This document shows, in pieces, positions 44,897 to 45,292 of a stretch of 45,292 bases of DNA. The DNA comes from Terriglobia bacterium (GTDB taxonomy: Bacteria > Acidobacteriota > Terriglobia > Versatilivoradales > Versatilivoraceae), in NCBI GenBank assembly GCA_041484625.1, contig JBGPHY010000001.1, positions 1 to 45,292 of the forward strand, written 5' to 3'. Position 1 is the stretch's first letter. Each line of letters starts with the position of its first letter. The translations under genes were made by a program, and so were the position numbers. The notes below the pieces were generated by a model, which saw only the letters and a program-made list of their open reading frames with translations, searched no databases and was not told the origin of the DNA.

Positions 44897-45030
44897 TGGA
44901 TTGACGATTCTCGAAAGACCGAGGCCGAATGCCTGATTCAGGCCTCACGTAGGGTGCCGCTGATTGGCTTATCCGGTCGGTACGTCACGGATTCTAAATC
45001 CCGAGTCTCCGGTTAAAAATCGGCCATACA

Positions 45031-45292
45031 ATGAAGCCTCACATCGAAGTGGCTGCCGCCATTCTCTGGCATCGAGACCGAATCCTCATCTCACAGAAAG
45101 ACTCGAACTCCCATCTCCCTGGTTTCTGGGAATTTCCAGACGGAAAGCGAGAAGCAGGAGAATCCTATAAGGAGTGCCTTGTCCGGAAGATTCGAAAAGA
45201 GTTGAACGCCGAGGTTGAGGTAAAGAAGCTCATTGAGACAATTGTCTACAAGTACTCTGAAAAGCAGGTGACCCTGAAGTTTTTTTCGTGCA
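45031..45292 (+). CDS. Nudix hydrolase (MutT-like), 3'-partial at the window edge, with a deviant Nudix box
   Basis: My own translation from ATG 45031: MKPHIEVAAAILWHRDRILISQKDSNSHLPGFWEFPDGKREAGESYKECLVRKIRKELNAEVEV... It is open to the end of the window, so it is absent from the ORF track. Confidence 0.7.
   Translation, partial: MKPHIEVAAAILWHRDRILISQKDSNSHLPGFWEFPDGKREAGESYKECLVRKIRKELNAEVEVKKLIETIVYKYSEKQVTLKFFSC

Noticed and set aside
44960-45030. tRNA-like fragments (GGATTCTAAATCC, CCGGTTAAAAATCGG) upstream of the Nudix gene
   Set aside because: The stems are too short or mismatched and the loops are the wrong size. There is no acceptor stem.
1-45292. CRISPR arrays, rRNA genes, prophage structural genes and integrases
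   Set aside because: I scanned for regularly spaced direct repeats and hallmark motifs and found none. The only mobile-element signature is the IS6 relic.

Overview
This 45.3-kb window looks like a chromosomal segment of a moderately GC-rich Gram-negative bacterium. It is most likely Acidobacteriota. That is an inference from an Oar-like giant beta-barrel, a VWFA-related 'acidobacterial-type' protein, paired secreted M16 peptidases and a TAT-exported NHL propeller, and I could not verify it without searches. About 40 genes or gene relics can be supported.

Gene order:
- 1.4-11.3 kb: one co-directional minus-strand string of an Oar-like OMP, a VWFA protein, glnD, glnB, and an envelope module (PA2779-like protein, C39-like peptidase, TPR-Omp85 protein).
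- 11.7-17.2 kb: ppk1, an IS6 transposase relic, a frameshifted NHL propeller gene, and folB-nuoC-nuoB.
- 17.6-24.7 kb: two M16 peptidases and an asymmetric heterodimeric ABC exporter.
- 24.9-27.5 kb: a visibly lower-GC vsr / C5-methyltransferase / putative restriction endonuclease cassette.
- 28.0-30.9 kb: a POTRA-only protein translationally coupled to a polytopic membrane protein, then a PHP phosphoesterase.
- 30.9-31.6 kb: an AT-rich cassette encoding a ParG-like RHH protein and a 39-aa lysine-rich histone-H1-like protein.
- 31.6-45.3 kb: a sigma54-activator relic, two PilZ proteins, DUF1684, an internally deleted acyl-CoA synthetase, DUF4097, glgX, a GH10 relic, rfbB-rfbA, a soluble MgtE-sensor protein plus a non-canonical Nramp, trxB, and a partial Nudix gene.

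Most interesting observations:
1. The MgtE_N/CBS sensor (no pore) is operonic with an Nramp whose metal-site motifs are DAGG and TIAPW instead of DPGN and MPH. This suggests an NRMT-like Mg2+ transporter.
2. The density of gene relics is unusually high: an in-frame stop, frameshifts, and internal or terminal deletions.
3. There are two uncharacterised envelope modules.
4. There is a restriction-modification (RM) island.
5. There is an AT-rich RHH/histone-like cassette with a near-consensus promoter and operator-like repeats.

No rRNA, tRNA or CRISPR array was seen.

Limits: all family calls come from motif recognition by eye, with no BLAST, HMM or folding run. The ORF track prints TTG/GTG starts as M, so I re-picked starts where an ATG plus Shine-Dalgarno was visible. 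GC statements are visual, not computed.
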